Source: Thecamonas trahens ATCC 50062 (lineage: Eukaryota > Protista > Apusomonadida). From it: DNA of 64,000 nucleotides. The DNA lies in NCBI RefSeq assembly GCF_000142905.1, contig NW_013657656.1, positions 344,991 through 408,990 on the forward strand, written 5' to 3'. Position 1 is the first letter of the stretch. Each line of letters opens with the position of its first letter. Of this stretch, positions 11,175 through 23,900 are shown in pieces. The notes beneath the pieces were generated by a model. It was given only the letters and a program-made list of their open reading frames with translations, was not told the origin of the DNA and did no database searches. Both the position numbers and the translations under genes were made by a program.

Positions 11175-13097
11175 ATGGCACTTGTGCCCACACGGTCTGT
11201 CTCCCCCACGCCGCGGCAGGTGGCGAAAGGCGACCAGGGTGATGCGACGAGTTCGGCAGGAAGGAGCAGCCAGACGGAGATGGGAGTTGGTGGAGATTCT
11301 GGCGGGAGCTCGAGTCAGGAGCGGCAGTCTGCCGGGAGTATGGCACGTGAGGTGGCCGAGGCCAAGGCGGCACAGGTGGCGGCCAAGGCGTCCCTGCTCA
11401 TGTATGAGGGCGTGGGCGAGATGCCCAAGCCTCAGAAGTTTGTCACGCCGCCGTCCGACTCGCTCATCTGCCCCATACATCTGGGCCTGTTTGTGGAGCC
11501 GGCCATTGCGCGGTGTGGACACACGTTCTGCCGCGAGTGCATTCTCGAGTCGCTCGACCACATGGCCCAGTGCCCGGTCGATGCGCAGCCGTTGGAGAAG
11601 GACATGCTGGTACCGAATCTGGCGGTCAAGGGCCAGATCAACGACCTGATTGTTTTCTGCCCCTACGGCCTCAAACAGGCCGACAATGCTGACGATCTCG
11701 GCCTTGACGACCAGTGGGTTGTCGATGAGCTCGGCTGCTCGGCGAGGCTGCGCATCGGTGACCTGGCGGCGCATGAGCGCGAGTGCGAGTTCCGTCCGGT
11801 CGTCTGCCCCAACTCGGTCAAGTGCGGTCTGCTCCGTGCGGCGGCGCTCGAGGCGCATCTGGAGACATGCGGGCGGATTGGGTGTCCCAACGCTGTCATA
11901 GGGTGCGACTTTGAGTCGACGATCGCAGGCGTGGAAGAGCACCTGCCCGGTTGCAAGTTTGAGGCGATGAAGGACGTGATGGCGGCGACCAACGCGCAGT
12001 TTACCGAGCTCAAGGACATGCTTGTGCTCAAGGACCGCGAGATTGCGCTGCTGACACAAACGGTGCTCGACCTCTCACATAAGCTCGAAAACTTGGCTGG
12101 CAACATCGAGCACAAGCTCGACATCTATGACCAGACCATCTGCAAAATGCACATCTCCATTGAGGACACGCGGAGGCAGGTGGGTCACTCGCTCGACGAA
12201 ATCACCATGGTCAAGCAGCGTATCGGCTCCGAGGCCGACACTCAGATCTACCCGCACCTCTACCGCTGCAAGGGCACGGTCTCGGGCCACTCGGGCCCGG
12301 TGTGGACGCTTGCTGCCACCGAGACGCTTCTCTTTTCGGGCTCGTCCGACGAGACCATCCGCGTCTGGTCGCTGGCGACGTACCAGTGCCTGCACACGCT
12401 CGAGGGCCACAACGGCATTGTCCATGCCCTGGTGGTGTACCACGGAGTCGACGGCGACATGCTCATCTCGGGCTCATCCGACTGTACCATCCGAGTGTGG
12501 GACGTGACCTCGTTCGAGTGCGTCCGCACCATCGACACCAACGAGAACGTGTGCACGCTTGCGGTCCACAACAACTTGCTCTTTGCCGGCACGCTCAAGC
12601 AGATCCTCGTTCACGACCTCGAGACCTTTGAGATTGTGCACGAGCTCAAGGACCACAACCACTGGGTCCGGGCCATGACCATCCACGAGAATGTCCTCTA
12701 CGCTGGATCGTACAACACCATCAAGGCGTGGGACCTAACCGACTTTACCTGCAAGGCCACCATCCAGTGCTCCGACGGATCGGTCTACTCACTTGCCGTC
12801 ACCGGCCCGTACCTGGTCTCGGGCACGTTTGAGAACCGGGTCCAGGTCTTTGAGCGTACTTCGCACGAGCTCGTCCACTCGCTGCAGGGCCACATCGGCA
12901 CTGTCTATGCAGTCATCGCCGTCCCGGGCTACGTCTTCTCAGGCTCGTACGACAACACCGTCAAGGTGTGGAACATCAAAACTTGGCAGTGTGTCCAGAC
13001 GCTTGTCCGCCACACCTCGTCGGTCGACGCCCTCATCTTTGCCCACAACAAGCTCTTTTCCGGCTCTGCCGACAACTCGATCAAGGTCTGGCAATAG
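11175..13097 (+). CDS. TRAF7: TRAF7-like E3 ligase (RING, TRAF-type zinc fingers, coiled coil, seven WD40 repeats)
   Basis: CPIH..CGHTFCREC..CPVD RING; NLAVKGQINDLIVFCPYG; HERECEFRPVVCPNS; GHSGPVW...WD repeats ending SADNSIKVWQ. Confidence 0.9.
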   Translation: MALVPTRSVSPTPRQVAKGDQGDATSSAGRSSQTEMGVGGDSGGSSSQERQSAGSMAREVAEAKAAQVAAKASLLMYEGVGEMPKPQKFVTPPSDSLICPIHLGLFVEPAIARCGHTFCRECILESLDHMAQCPVDAQPLEKDMLVPNLAVKGQINDLIVFCPYGLKQADNADDLGLDDQWVVDELGCSARLRIGDLAAHERECEFRPVVCPNSVKCGLLRAAALEAHLETCGRIGCPNAVIGCDFESTIAGVEEHLPGCKFEAMKDVMAATNAQFTELKDMLVLKDREIALLTQTVLDLSHKLENLAGNIEHKLDIYDQTICKMHISIEDTRRQVGHSLDEITMVKQRIGSEADTQIYPHLYRCKGTVSGHSGPVWTLAATETLLFSGSSDETIRVWSLATYQCLHTLEGHNGIVHALVVYHGVDGDMLISGSSDCTIRVWDVTSFECVRTIDTNENVCTLAVHNNLLFAGTLKQILVHDLETFEIVHELKDHNHWVRAMTIHENVLYAGSYNTIKAWDLTDFTCKATIQCSDGSVYSLAVTGPYLVSGTFENRVQVFERTSHELVHSLQGHIGTVYAVIAVPGYVFSGSYDNTVKVWNIKTWQCVQTLVRHTSSVDALIFAHNKLFSGSADNSIKVWQ

Positions 13098-13418
13098 TGC
13101 TCCGTCTGGCCATCGATCGCAACCGCTGCGACCACCCACTCCCCCAGATCCCCACATGCGAACTGTAGTGAGGGCCGCTTCTTAGCCTTGTCTCTCACCC
13201 CGCTAGACCGTGGCTTTCCTTCCGGCCCAATGAACGTTGTGTCTCCTTGGCTGCCACGCCCCGGCGAGGAGAGCCGGCAACCGCCGCCGAACCGGATTCG
13301 GTTGCCAGCACCAAGCCGCAGGTCAGCAAGGGCAAGGAGGCGCAACGTCAGCCACCTCACGTGACCACACACACACATAGACATAGACATAGACATAGCC
13401 TCATAAGAGCATCTCTAC

Positions 13419-13667
13419 ATGTCACGGAGAAGGACACCCGCACCGCCAGCCGAGGAGGAAGCCGAGGCGAAGAAGCCCGAACTGCCGCCGTATGGCCTTG
13501 TCGAACCGTTTGGCGATGCCTCGGTCGGCGTGTACCATGACAACAAGTGGGTCATGGTTCCTGTGGAGCCTCGCCGGCAAAAGGAGCCCTCGCTGCGTAT
13601 GTTCTGGGCGGCGGCTACTCCGTATGAGCCCAAGCTGAAGAAGAAGCGGAGGAAGAAGAAGAAGTAG
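13419..13667 (+). CDS. Possible small basic protein
   Basis: 82-aa ATG ORF with coding-like codons and a poly-Lys end; no recognised family. Confidence 0.35.
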   Translation: MSRRRTPAPPAEEEAEAKKPELPPYGLVEPFGDASVGVYHDNKWVMVPVEPRRQKEPSLRMFWAAATPYEPKLKKKRRKKKK

Positions 13668-14043
13668 TTGTCGTCGAGCTTGTCTGCGGGCTCGTCGTTG
13701 AGCTCGTCGTCGTCGCGTTGTCTCTCGCAGGGTCAGGCCCATCAGACTGCCGTCGTCGACGTCGTCGTTGTTGTCGCCGTCGCCGTTGTTGCCGTCGCCG
13801 GATCGGTCGCCATCGCTGGTTTCATTGCCATCGCCATTGCCATCACCATTGCCATCGCCTTCGCTGACCGGTGTGTGGCACGGCTCGGCTGTTCGGCTCA
13901 TCGATGGCTGGTCGAAGGAGGCAAGAGGGAGAGCTGGACAGGGGTTTCATACTATAGTAAAAGGGAAAGAGAGTGTTTGGTGATGGAACGGCCAGCGGAT
14001 GAGAGGGCGAGTGGGGTCCGCGCAACGACAAGCCAAAGAGCGA

Positions 14044-16616
14044 CTACTCGTTGAACCAAGCTGAGATCTCGGCCTGCTTCGTTGCGACAAAGGCCATGAT
14101 AAAGTCGACAGAGTCGGCTTTGGAGAGAACGCCTTCGGGCGTCTTGCCACCGATGGTCGGGTGGGGGAGAAAGGTGGTGTCCTGGTTATCAAAGATGAGC
14201 TCGGAGTGGACCTCGACCATGGATGTGGGGAAAAAGCCGACTTCGTCCGAGTCGACGAGCCGGCCGTGAAGCCAGCGCATGTCCGAGGTCGGCTTGACCT
14301 TGTCGAGCATCTGGTTAACCTCAAAGGACAGCTCGTCGTCGCGCTTGCCGTGAAAGGGGAAGAGCGGACGGGCGACCGAGACCATGCGGCCGCCGACGGC
14401 GAGGAGTGCCTGGAGGGCAAAGTCCATCTTTGGGGCAAGGGCGTCGAGCGTGAGGTTGAGAGCCTTCATGTACGGCGAGAGGGTGCCAAACTTTGCGCCG
14501 TTGGCCAGCTTTTGGATGGCCTTAGTGGTGAGCACCAGAGCTTTGCTCTCGCCGCGGCTCGGTGGCGCCGCAATGACGCCAAACTTATCGGCGAGATGAC
14601 GGCCGGACAGACAAAGCGGAGGAAGAAGAGCGAGCCGGTGACGGTGCGGCACTCGTTGGGGAACTTGTGCTGGGTTGCGGCAAAGAGGGACTTGAGCAGG
14701 AACTTGACCAAATCGGGCACCTCAGCGACACGCGACATGACCGACGACGCAAGCATCATGACGCCGGAGCACATAGCAGCAAGGGCGTGACAGACGGCGG
14801 CAAGGTCGACACCGTCGGTGCTACTCAGGCAACTGGCAAGAGGCGGCTCGCCGAGAGCAGCTTCCATGATCCGCCGCTGCTCAAAGTCGGTCTCGGCAGC
14901 GGTCATTGCGGCGTTGAGAATCCACTCCAAGGCGTCGTCGGTCAGCTCGCCAGAGAACGCCTTAGCGGTGGCATACGCCTCGGCATGGCTCTGGATGTAG
15001 GCGACGGGCTCGGCCATGGTGGCATGGAGAAAGTCGCCGCCGGCAGCGTTGAGGACGGCGGTGATGACCTTGGTTGAGAGGGTGTTGCCGCGGAAGAGCG
15101 AGAGCGCAAGCTCGCGCGGCGTCTTGCGAACCTCGTAGTTGACCAGCATCTGAATGAGTGGCAAGAGGCGGCGGTCGTCGTCGAATACTCTGATGCATGG
15201 CCAGACGAGGGTGTCGGCCTCGGACGAGGTGGCGACCGAGACGAGGACCGAGAGCAAGGTCCCGTACTGGTCGGTGAGCACGTTCTCAAAGGCGTCGGCA
15301 TCGTCGGTGGTGAGCCAAGAGAGAATGGCCGAGTGATCCTCGGCCTTGAGCTCGTGGTTCTCCTTCTCGTGCTTGAACATCGAACCGAGTTTCTGCGACA
15401 TGCGCGACATCCACTTGGGCTTGCGCGCAGAGTTGTCAGACCGCAGCCGCTCCTCGCCAAGCTCGAGGAACTGTTGGTAGATCGAGGGAAAGTGCGACAT
15501 GGTCGACACGCACACGTCTTTGGACAGGACGCAGACGGCAACGTCCGAGACGGCCTTGACCGACGCTGTCCGCTTCTTCTCCAGAAACAGCGCAATCTCG
15601 CCGAAAAACTGGCCAGCAATCAAGCGTGGGTTCTCACGGGCAACTCGCTTGGGCAGTTCGATCTCGACCACGCCCGAAACTAGAAAGTACATGGCCGTGC
15701 CCTTGCCGCCGACCTTGACAACGTACTCGCCGGGCTTATAGTGCTCAATGACAACCTCTTGCAGTAGACGGTCCAAAAACCGCACGCTCTCGGTCACATA
15801 CTTTGAGTCAATAGTGAGCGACATCCGCCGCTTGCGCATCCGACGCTGCGACGCCCCAAGGTCGGCAATCGGCCGCGGCGAGAGCTTGGTCCCGGCCGAT
15901 GAGACAGACGCCGAGCTCACTGCCGACGCCAGGCTCGCCGCCGACGTCGCACTTGCCGCCGACAGCGAGCCGCCGTCGAGACCTTTGCCGGTTCCGCTAG
16001 AGCTTAGCCGTGACCAGTGCGGCTGCTTGGCCGCAGGCACGGCCGAATCAGACGAGCTCGAGCTCGTTCCACCGTCGTTGGCAAAGCCAGAGCTTGCGCT
16101 GGATCCCGAGCTTGAGCTTGAGGCGTCGTCCGAGTCAGAGGTACTCGAACTGGTGGTCGAGTGGTCACCAGTGCTAGACGAGCTCGAGTTCGAGCCGCCC
16201 GAGCCACCGGACGAGTCGATGGCCCCGCGCATGGCGCTAATGTCGATCGAGGCCGACGATGTCCGGGCGATGGTAATCTGGACGCCGAGTGGCGGCAGGG
16301 TCGAGGCCGAGCCAATGGTGGTCAGGCCGGGTGGGGCCGAGCCGAGAATAGCCTCGGTATCGTGCGAGCCGTCTATGTTGCGCTGAGCGACTTCGGCGAG
16401 CGAGGCCGAGGAGACAGTGGAGACGTTGACGCCAACGAGCCAGTCACGCGGCGGAAGAACACGTAGTGCAGATGGACGATGGGGTATGATAGGCGTCACC
16501 GTGGCACAGGGCTCGTCGTCAGACAGAGCACCTTCCTCACGGTCGACAGCTAGCGTCCGTGAGAGAAGCAGAGCTTGCTTCAACTCCAATGAGGCCACAT
16601 CATTGTCGGAGGCCAT
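14044..16616 (-). CDS. cNMP-binding domain + RasGAP + SH3 protein; apparent frameshift at about 14590
   Basis: GQFFGEIALFLEKKRTASV (cNMP cassette); SLFRGNTLSTK, FFLRFVCPAVISP and KAIQKLAN (RasGAP); LFPFHGKRDDELSF..WLHG..GFFPTSMVE (SH3); one added base gives ISP-DKFG. Confidence 0.88.
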
Positions 16617-17487
16617 GGTCCCGTACAGAGAGAGCGAGAGAGAGACAGAGACAGAGAGACAGACAGACTCAGTGCCCCCCCTGTTACAGCCACCCCTCTT
16701 GTGAAGTGCGCTAACACTTCCCTTAACTTAGGGGAGGGGTGGGATGACCGATGAGCTCCCCCTCTCCTTGTTCAAGGCGGGAGGGGGAAGGGGGGGTCCG
16801 GGAGTGTGCCTGGAGGCAATTCGGATCGGCCGCAAAAAACTCGTCGAGGTGTATGAAAAGGGAGAGAGAGACCCACGCCGCTGTCAGCGGTCTTTTTTTC
16901 ACGGCAAAGAACACGGGGCAGAGAGGGAGGAGGAGAGGGAGGGGAGGATACGCGGGGGGGAGGGGGGGGGGGGGAGGGAGGGGGGTAACCATCGATATTC
17001 ATCAAGTTGTTGTTCATGTTGTCAATTGAAAGGCAGGCAAGAAACAACCAACAAGTCAGGTCCGAGAGGGAGGGAAGGGAGGGGAGACACAGATGTAGGT
17101 CGGTGTTGGGATGCTCGGCTCGATGAGAGTTCAGTTTGAGGGTTGAGGGCTGAGTGAGAGGCTATGCTTGGTAGATTGCAGTGGGTGGTGAGGGAGAAGG
17201 CGGGTACGGGTGGTGAGTGTCTGGGCTTCATCTCGAGTCTGCTGCCTCAAGTGTGCGTCTGGGCTGAGCCGAGGGAGCAACCACTACAGCAACCACCAAC
17301 TACATCACGCCCACACAAGGATCGACGTGTTTCAACAGCACCTCATACCCGCATTGACATAACAGCAAGCGATGGCGAGGCGGGTGACTGCGGAAGGAGG
17401 AAGGAAGAGGGGGGGGAGGAGGGAGGGGGGGGGGGGGGGGGGGGGGGGAGACAACAAGGCGACGAACGACGTACCAACCACGCGCCG

Positions 17488-17694
17488 NNNNNNNNNNNNN
17501 NNNNNNNNNNNNNNNNNNNNNNNNNNNNNNNNNNNNNNNNNNNNNNNNNNNNNNNNNNNNNNNNNNNNNNNNNNNNNNNNNNNNNNNNNNNNNNNNNNNN
17601 NNNNNNNNNNNNNNNNNNNNNNNNNNNNNNNNNNNNNNNNNNNNNNNNNNNNNNNNNNNNNNNNNNNNNNNNNNNNNNNNNNNNNNNNNNNNNN
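17488..17694. other. Assembly gap (207 N), flanked by poly-G tracts
   Basis: Run of N. Confidence 1.
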
Positions 17695-17919
17695 TTGAGG
17701 GGGGGGGGGGGGGGGGAGGACAACAATGGCAAGGGACTCAAACCCAATCGGCCGCACGCGCGTCGGTTGGGACGACGAACCAACAACGACCAACAGCCGC
17801 CAGCAGCACCGCCAATAGACGCCTGGGTCACAGAGCCAGGGTCAAGCACGTAGGCAGGCGATAACACTCGTCAGCAGAGCCGGACAGACGAAGACGGCAT
17901 TGGTGCGAGAGCAGCAGCC

Positions 17920-20900
17920 ATGGCTACGGCGAGTGTAGACTCGTTGCTGAAAGAGTAGGTGGGCGGGAGGAGAGGGGGGAGAGGGGGGAAGGGGTGGGGG
18001 TGGGGTGGGGGGAACTCACAGGGGCTGTGTGGGGAATGGGGCTGTGTGGGGAATATAGGCTGGTGGTGGCAAGGAAGGAGGTAGAGGAGCTGGAGCGGCT
18101 GGTGGGGAAGGAGCCGGGAGGTGGTGGTGGTGGTGGTGCGGAGAAAGAGCTGCAGGTGGGGAGAAACAGGGTGACGACGTTGACGGCGGCGTTGGAGCGG
18201 CTGGGCGCAACGCGGGCGGAGATCGAAGCGACGGACGGCCCGAGTGCTCGGGATCGGTTGGAGCTGCTGACAGGCGAGTCATTTGTGCTGTACGGCTTGG
18301 CGCTGCACGACTACGCGCCTACCGATGATGGTGCGGTTGGGTTTCACCGCGACGATCTGCTGTGCATTTCGGTCCGGGGCGGCGAGGGCGAGTGGTGGAT
18401 GGCCAAGGTCGGCTTGACCGGCCCACGAGGAGCCATTCCAGGCTCATATGTCGAGGTTGTGTCGCCGGAAGTAGCTCTGTCGGTTGCGCAGGCGAGCGCA
18501 GGCGAGGCCAAGGGCAAGACCAAGAGCAAGGGCAAGACCAAGGGCAAGACCAAGGGCAAGGGTAAGGACAAGACCAAAGGCAAGGGCAAGGCTGGTGCTG
18601 GCACGTACACAGTTGTTGCTGCCTACGACTTTGCGCCTGCTGCCGACCAGGCGACCGCCATCCCGCTGGTCAAGGGCAGGCGGTACATTGTGACCGACGG
18701 AGTCTCGTCCACCGAGTGGTTGTACGGGTACCCAGAGGACGGATCAGCAAGCAAGCAAGGCGACTTTCCGGCAGCGTTTGTGATCCGCGACGACGAGCCG
18801 ACAATCGACGAGTCCGAGCCGGCGTATGGTGTTGTACAGGCCGACTACACGCCGGCGGCCGACGTGGAGAACGGCCTGCGGCTGCGCAAGGGCGAGTTTG
18901 TCGTCCTCACTGATGCTGCCGACAGCGGGTGGTGGCTTGGCTACGCTGACACCGACGCGAGCAAGACTGAAGGTGTCTTCCCGGCCAGCTTTGTCAAGAA
19001 GCTCTCGGCAGCCGACTACCAAACGCTGACCGACAACGCGCGCGCGTCGGTGGCGCCGGAGACCGTGCTCGCCGAGCTAGAGCCTGGAGAGAAGGCCGTG
19101 GCTCGGTACGACTACGCTCCTGATGCCTCGCTCGACTCGGCGCTGCCGCTGACCAAGGGCGACATCATCTTCCTCACCGACTTAACCGACGCCAAGTGGT
19201 GGGTCGGGGTCCGCCGGTCGGATCCGCACCTGCTCGAGGGTGCATTTCCAGCAAGCTATGTCAAGAAAATCTCCGACGATAAGTACGCCAAGCTCGTCTC
19301 GCGCGCTGAGCGCAAGAACGCATCGTCGATCAAGGGCAAGGACAAGGCCAAGGCCAAAGACAAGGCCAAGGCCAAGAACTCGCACGCGGCCGAGCCTGTG
19401 TCCAGCCCCGCGCCCACCGACATTCCTGCTGATGCTCCTGCCGAGGCCGACTTGCTGTCGGATGTGACCCATCTGGAGTCGAGCCTCGAAAAAGCTCTGG
19501 TCCAGTTTGACTACACGCCTGACGCGTCGATCAACGGCGGTATGCCGCTGGTCAAGGGTGAGCTCGTCCTCCTCACCGACGCCGGCAACAGTGACTGGTG
19601 GCTCGGCATTCGGCGGGCAGACCCTACTCTCGCCGAAGGCGTCTTTCCCGCAAACTACGTCAAGAAGATCACCGACGCAAAGTACCAGCGGGTGCTCAAC
19701 CGCGGCTCGACCTCGCACTCGCAAAAGTCCAAGAAGAGCAAGAAGGTCAAGGCCAAGTCCAAGGCCAAGGCTGCAGTCGAGACGAGCAAGAGTGTTCAGT
19801 TTGCCGAGCATCCGCCGTCGGACAAGGCTCGTCGCAAGGTCAGGCGCCGCAAGCCGACGGCTTCAGGCCACCACAAGGCTGTCGACTCGATGGTGGCACC
19901 GCTCATGGAAAAGCGTCGCGGGTTTGTTGCCGAGCTGGCAGCAACAACAGACGAGGAAGAGAAAGACGACCTCCGGAGTCAGATTGCGGACATCACTGAG
20001 ACGCTGCTGATGCTCGGAGTAACCAAGACCGACATGGACGCGCCTCCCCGGAGCTCACAGGTCGAGTACGAGTACGTGTACGAAGAGGACGAGCCGGTAC
20101 CTCCGATGCAGCCCGAATCTGCACGCAGTGAGCCCAAGCCGCTGTCGGTAACGCCGAGCGTCGGCAAATCTGGTCCAAGTGGAGCCCAGCCGGCAGAGGC
20201 AGCGCCGAGCAAGTCTGGAGCGAGCGAGGCCAAAAAGAACGAAGTGCTCACGCTGTATCAGGTGTCCGACGACGATGATGATGAAGATGATGACGACGAG
20301 GCAATTGAGTCTGGTGCGCAAGCTGGAGGTGGAGTGACCTCGTCCGAGTCAGACGTAGACCTCTCGTCACCGGGTGCGCGCGCTGTGCTGGGTACACTTC
20401 TTAAGCGGGAGGAGGCGCTGCTGGAGACGCTCTCGCTGTTGCTGGACGAGGTGCAGCCGTACCTGATGCGAGCCGAGTTTATCTCGGCCGAGCACGCGGA
20501 CGTCCTCTTCTTTGGCCTCGATCTGATCCGTGAGGAGCACGTCAAGTTTGTTGGACAGTTTGCTGGTGAGCGGCGGTCCGGGTCGGCGTCGGTGTCGGCG
20601 TATGCCAAGGCGTTTGCGGCACACATGGCTGACGCTGAGTACCGCAGCGAGGTCCTCGACCTGTACCTAGAGTTTTTCCAGCGGTCGGTTGTGCACGCCG
20701 GTGAGCATGCGGCTGCGCAGCCGGACATGGTGGTGGAGCTGGCCGAGCACGGGGTTGCGCCGCGCAACCGCGACGGCCGCGAGCTTTCGGGCCTCCTGTA
20801 CCTGCCGTTCAAGCACTACGCTGGATACGCAATGTCGTTTGAGCGGCTGCTCGCCGAGACGCCTGCGTCGTCGCAAGACTACGCGCCAGTCTCGCAGGCA

Positions 20901-23900
20901 CTAGATGCGGCGCGGCTGTTGGCTGCGACGATTGCCGGGCTCAAGACCAAGCCGCGCGGCTCGCAGCTTGTCTTTGCGCTGCTCGACGTCCAGATCTCGC
21001 TTCAGTTTGCGCCTATCACACTGCTTGCACAACCGAGACGGCGGCTCTTGGCTCGCGGGCCCTCAGCGGTGTTGACGACCGGCATGGAAGTGGACAAGGG
21101 CGAGTTCTTGCTCTTCAACGACCTACTGGTGTGGTCGTCGATGGTGCCGTCGACCCGATACGCCGGCCACTGCTCGGTGGTAGGCGCAACGGCGGCGCGG
21201 CTGGGCGACGGTGATACCCACGGCCGGTTCCGGCACGGCGTAGGAATTTCCGGCGGCGAAGCGTCGCTGGCCCTCAAGGTCTACTGCCGGTCGGATGCGC
21301 AGGCCAACGAGTTGGTCTCAGCTGTCAACTACTCGGTGGTCAAGCCCGGATGGGAGCGCGGCCCACCGGACTTTGACATCATTTGTCCCGAAAAGTACGA
21401 CATTGCTGGCGAGCGCAAGAGCAAGAAGAAGAAGAAGAAGGGCAAGAAAGGCAAGAATAGCAAGAAGTCGGCGTCTAGAAAGGAAGCTCAGCCGACAAAG
21501 GATGCGGCCGAGCCTCAACCGGTGCCCGTGGCGGCGGAGCCTCAACCGGTGCCCGTGGCGGCCGAGCCTCAGCCGGTGCCCGTGGCGACCGAGCCTCAGC
21601 CGGTGCCCGTGGCGGCCGAGCCTCAACCGGTGCCCGTGGCGACCGAGGAGCCCAAAGCCAAGGCCAAGGCCAAGGACTCGTTCAAACCGCGGATCATCCA
21701 GCCAATGTCGATCATCATGGAGGAATCCGGTGACGAGTTTGACGAGACGGATGTCGTTCGGCCATCCGCACCTAAAACGCCGAGCTGCTCGCGATCGCGA
21801 TCGCGCTCGCGCTCGCGCTCGCGGTCACGATCGCGATCGCGGTCGGGAAGGAAGCTCTCGTTGTCGAGCGCGGAGCGGTTTGGGCTCGAAGCGCACATAC
21901 ACGACGACGCTGTGTCGGGCGAGCTTTCGTCATGTGGAACAGACCCAAACATGGACTCGTTTGTGGCGCCGCGAACGATTGCGGACCGGGTCTCCGGTCG
22001 CGAGACGCCGATCAAGGCGATCAAGAGCCCGTCGGTGACGCGTGAGCAGTCGCTCGGCTCGCGACTCTCGCGCATGCTCTCGATCAAGCCGGACTCGATC
22101 GAGGTGGAGCGAGCGGGAGCAAGCGCAAACGCGGCACCGTACTCGCCGGTTATTGCCACGCCGCCGTCGTCGCCCGAGGCTGACCATGGTGGGTTTGCCA
22201 TTGCGGTCAGCCGCGAGCAAGCCGCTTCCGACGAGCAATCGCGCGGACGTTCAGGCTCGCGGTCGCGGTCTCGGTCGGCGAGCGTGTCGGCCACACGCTC
22301 GATGTCCCGCGAGTCGCGGGCACCGGTCATGGTTGTGGGCGAGGACGGCCGAACGTACTACAAGCACACTCGAGTCAAAACTAAGACCAAGACGGTGCGG
22401 CGCAAGCGGCCGAAGCGGCGGCACTCAAAGAAGGACGCCGAGACAGCGTCGCCGCTGCCGTCGGCGTCGATGACTCAGGAAGACGAAATTGCCGACAGCG
22501 GCGTGCGGACTGTTGCGTCGCTGGCAGAACAGTCAGATTCAGGCTCGCGGATCATGTCTCGGCGGTTTGAGGACCTCATGTCGACTATCATCGACTCGGA
22601 CGCAAGCTCTGATGAGGACGTTGCCGATGGTTCTCTGCTGTTTGAAGGAGAGGCGAAGAAGCTGTTTGTGGATCCGGTCGACGAGGCGTACCGTGGCCTC
22701 GGCTCCGGTATGCACCAAGTGGCGCGGGCGCTGGAGGTCTTTGCCGTCTTTGATCTCCCGCTCCTCGACCGAGGCAAGAAGATGGTCGAGCGGGTGTCTG
22801 CCGCGCTTGATGCCACCCAGCTCGTGGTCAACGCACAGCTCGGGCTCGGCGGCGACAAGCCTGGGCCTGACCCGTCTCCCGACACCGACGCCGGTGTGGG
22901 GAGGTCAAGGGTCTTGCCGGGGCACTGGAGGCTGTGGATGCGTTTGCGGTGCTGTGGACCAAGGCCGTGGCCTCGTTTGTGACGCTTGGCGAGGCGCTGG
23001 TGGCCGGGAACCCGTCGCTGACCACTTCGCTGATGGGGTCGGACGAGAGCCTGGAGGAGATGAATCCGAACGTCGAGGTGGGTGAGACGCTCAAAGCCCT
23101 CCTTGCCTCGTACTACGATCTGGTTTATGCTGGCTATGGGCCAGAGAGCAGCGACGAGGCGCGGTGGGGGGTGAGGGACGAGCACGTGCGAGTGGTGCGG
23201 GAGCTCGAAGCCACCGCAGGCCGGCTTGTGGTCCGTGCGATTGCACAGATGGTGTACGCACCGGGCGCGATTCGCAAGTTTACACCGCACTCCCTGCACA
23301 CTGTCGGCCTCGACGCGTTTGAGGCGCTCCACACTGCTATTGAGAGCTACGATGCGGCCGATGGTGACTATGCGGGCGATGGCGACGACGTGGCGAGCAA
23401 GTCGGTTGAAGAAGGCCGCAGTGATGACGATAGAGTGCAGTCTGAGCAGGACTCACTGCCCAACGTCGGGCGCGAGCTGGCGGAGGAAGAGGCAGCAGAG
23501 CAGGCAGCGCGCGAAACGAGCATGTTACCGCCCGAAGTGGGCACCTCCCTTGCGGCGATGCGGGCGCGGATTGCGTCGCTGGTTCCGCATGTGGCGACAG
23601 GCGGAAGTGTGGCAGACGCCTACGGCTTCCTTGTCTCTGCAGGCGTCATGCTGACAACCAAGTACCACGACTTGTTGGTCCATCCGGCGTTCTTTGCCGA
23701 CTCAAACTCGTTCGTGGCGCGGCTCGGGGCGGTGCTACGGCTGCTCGCAGCTGCGTTCAAGAGCATGGCGTACGCCGGAGGCGAGCCGCGGGCGGCGATG
23801 GCGGCCGGGACGGAGCTGGCGAACCAGCTCAACTCGTTTGTGGGCCTCTCGTTTGGCATTGTCAACCACCTTGCGATGGATCCGCGGCTTCGTGCCGAGT

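Noticed and set aside
13668-13960. Acidic DG-rich minus ORF as an extra RasGAP exon or separate gene
   Set aside because: Donor site is weak and no consistent frame could be built; left unannotated
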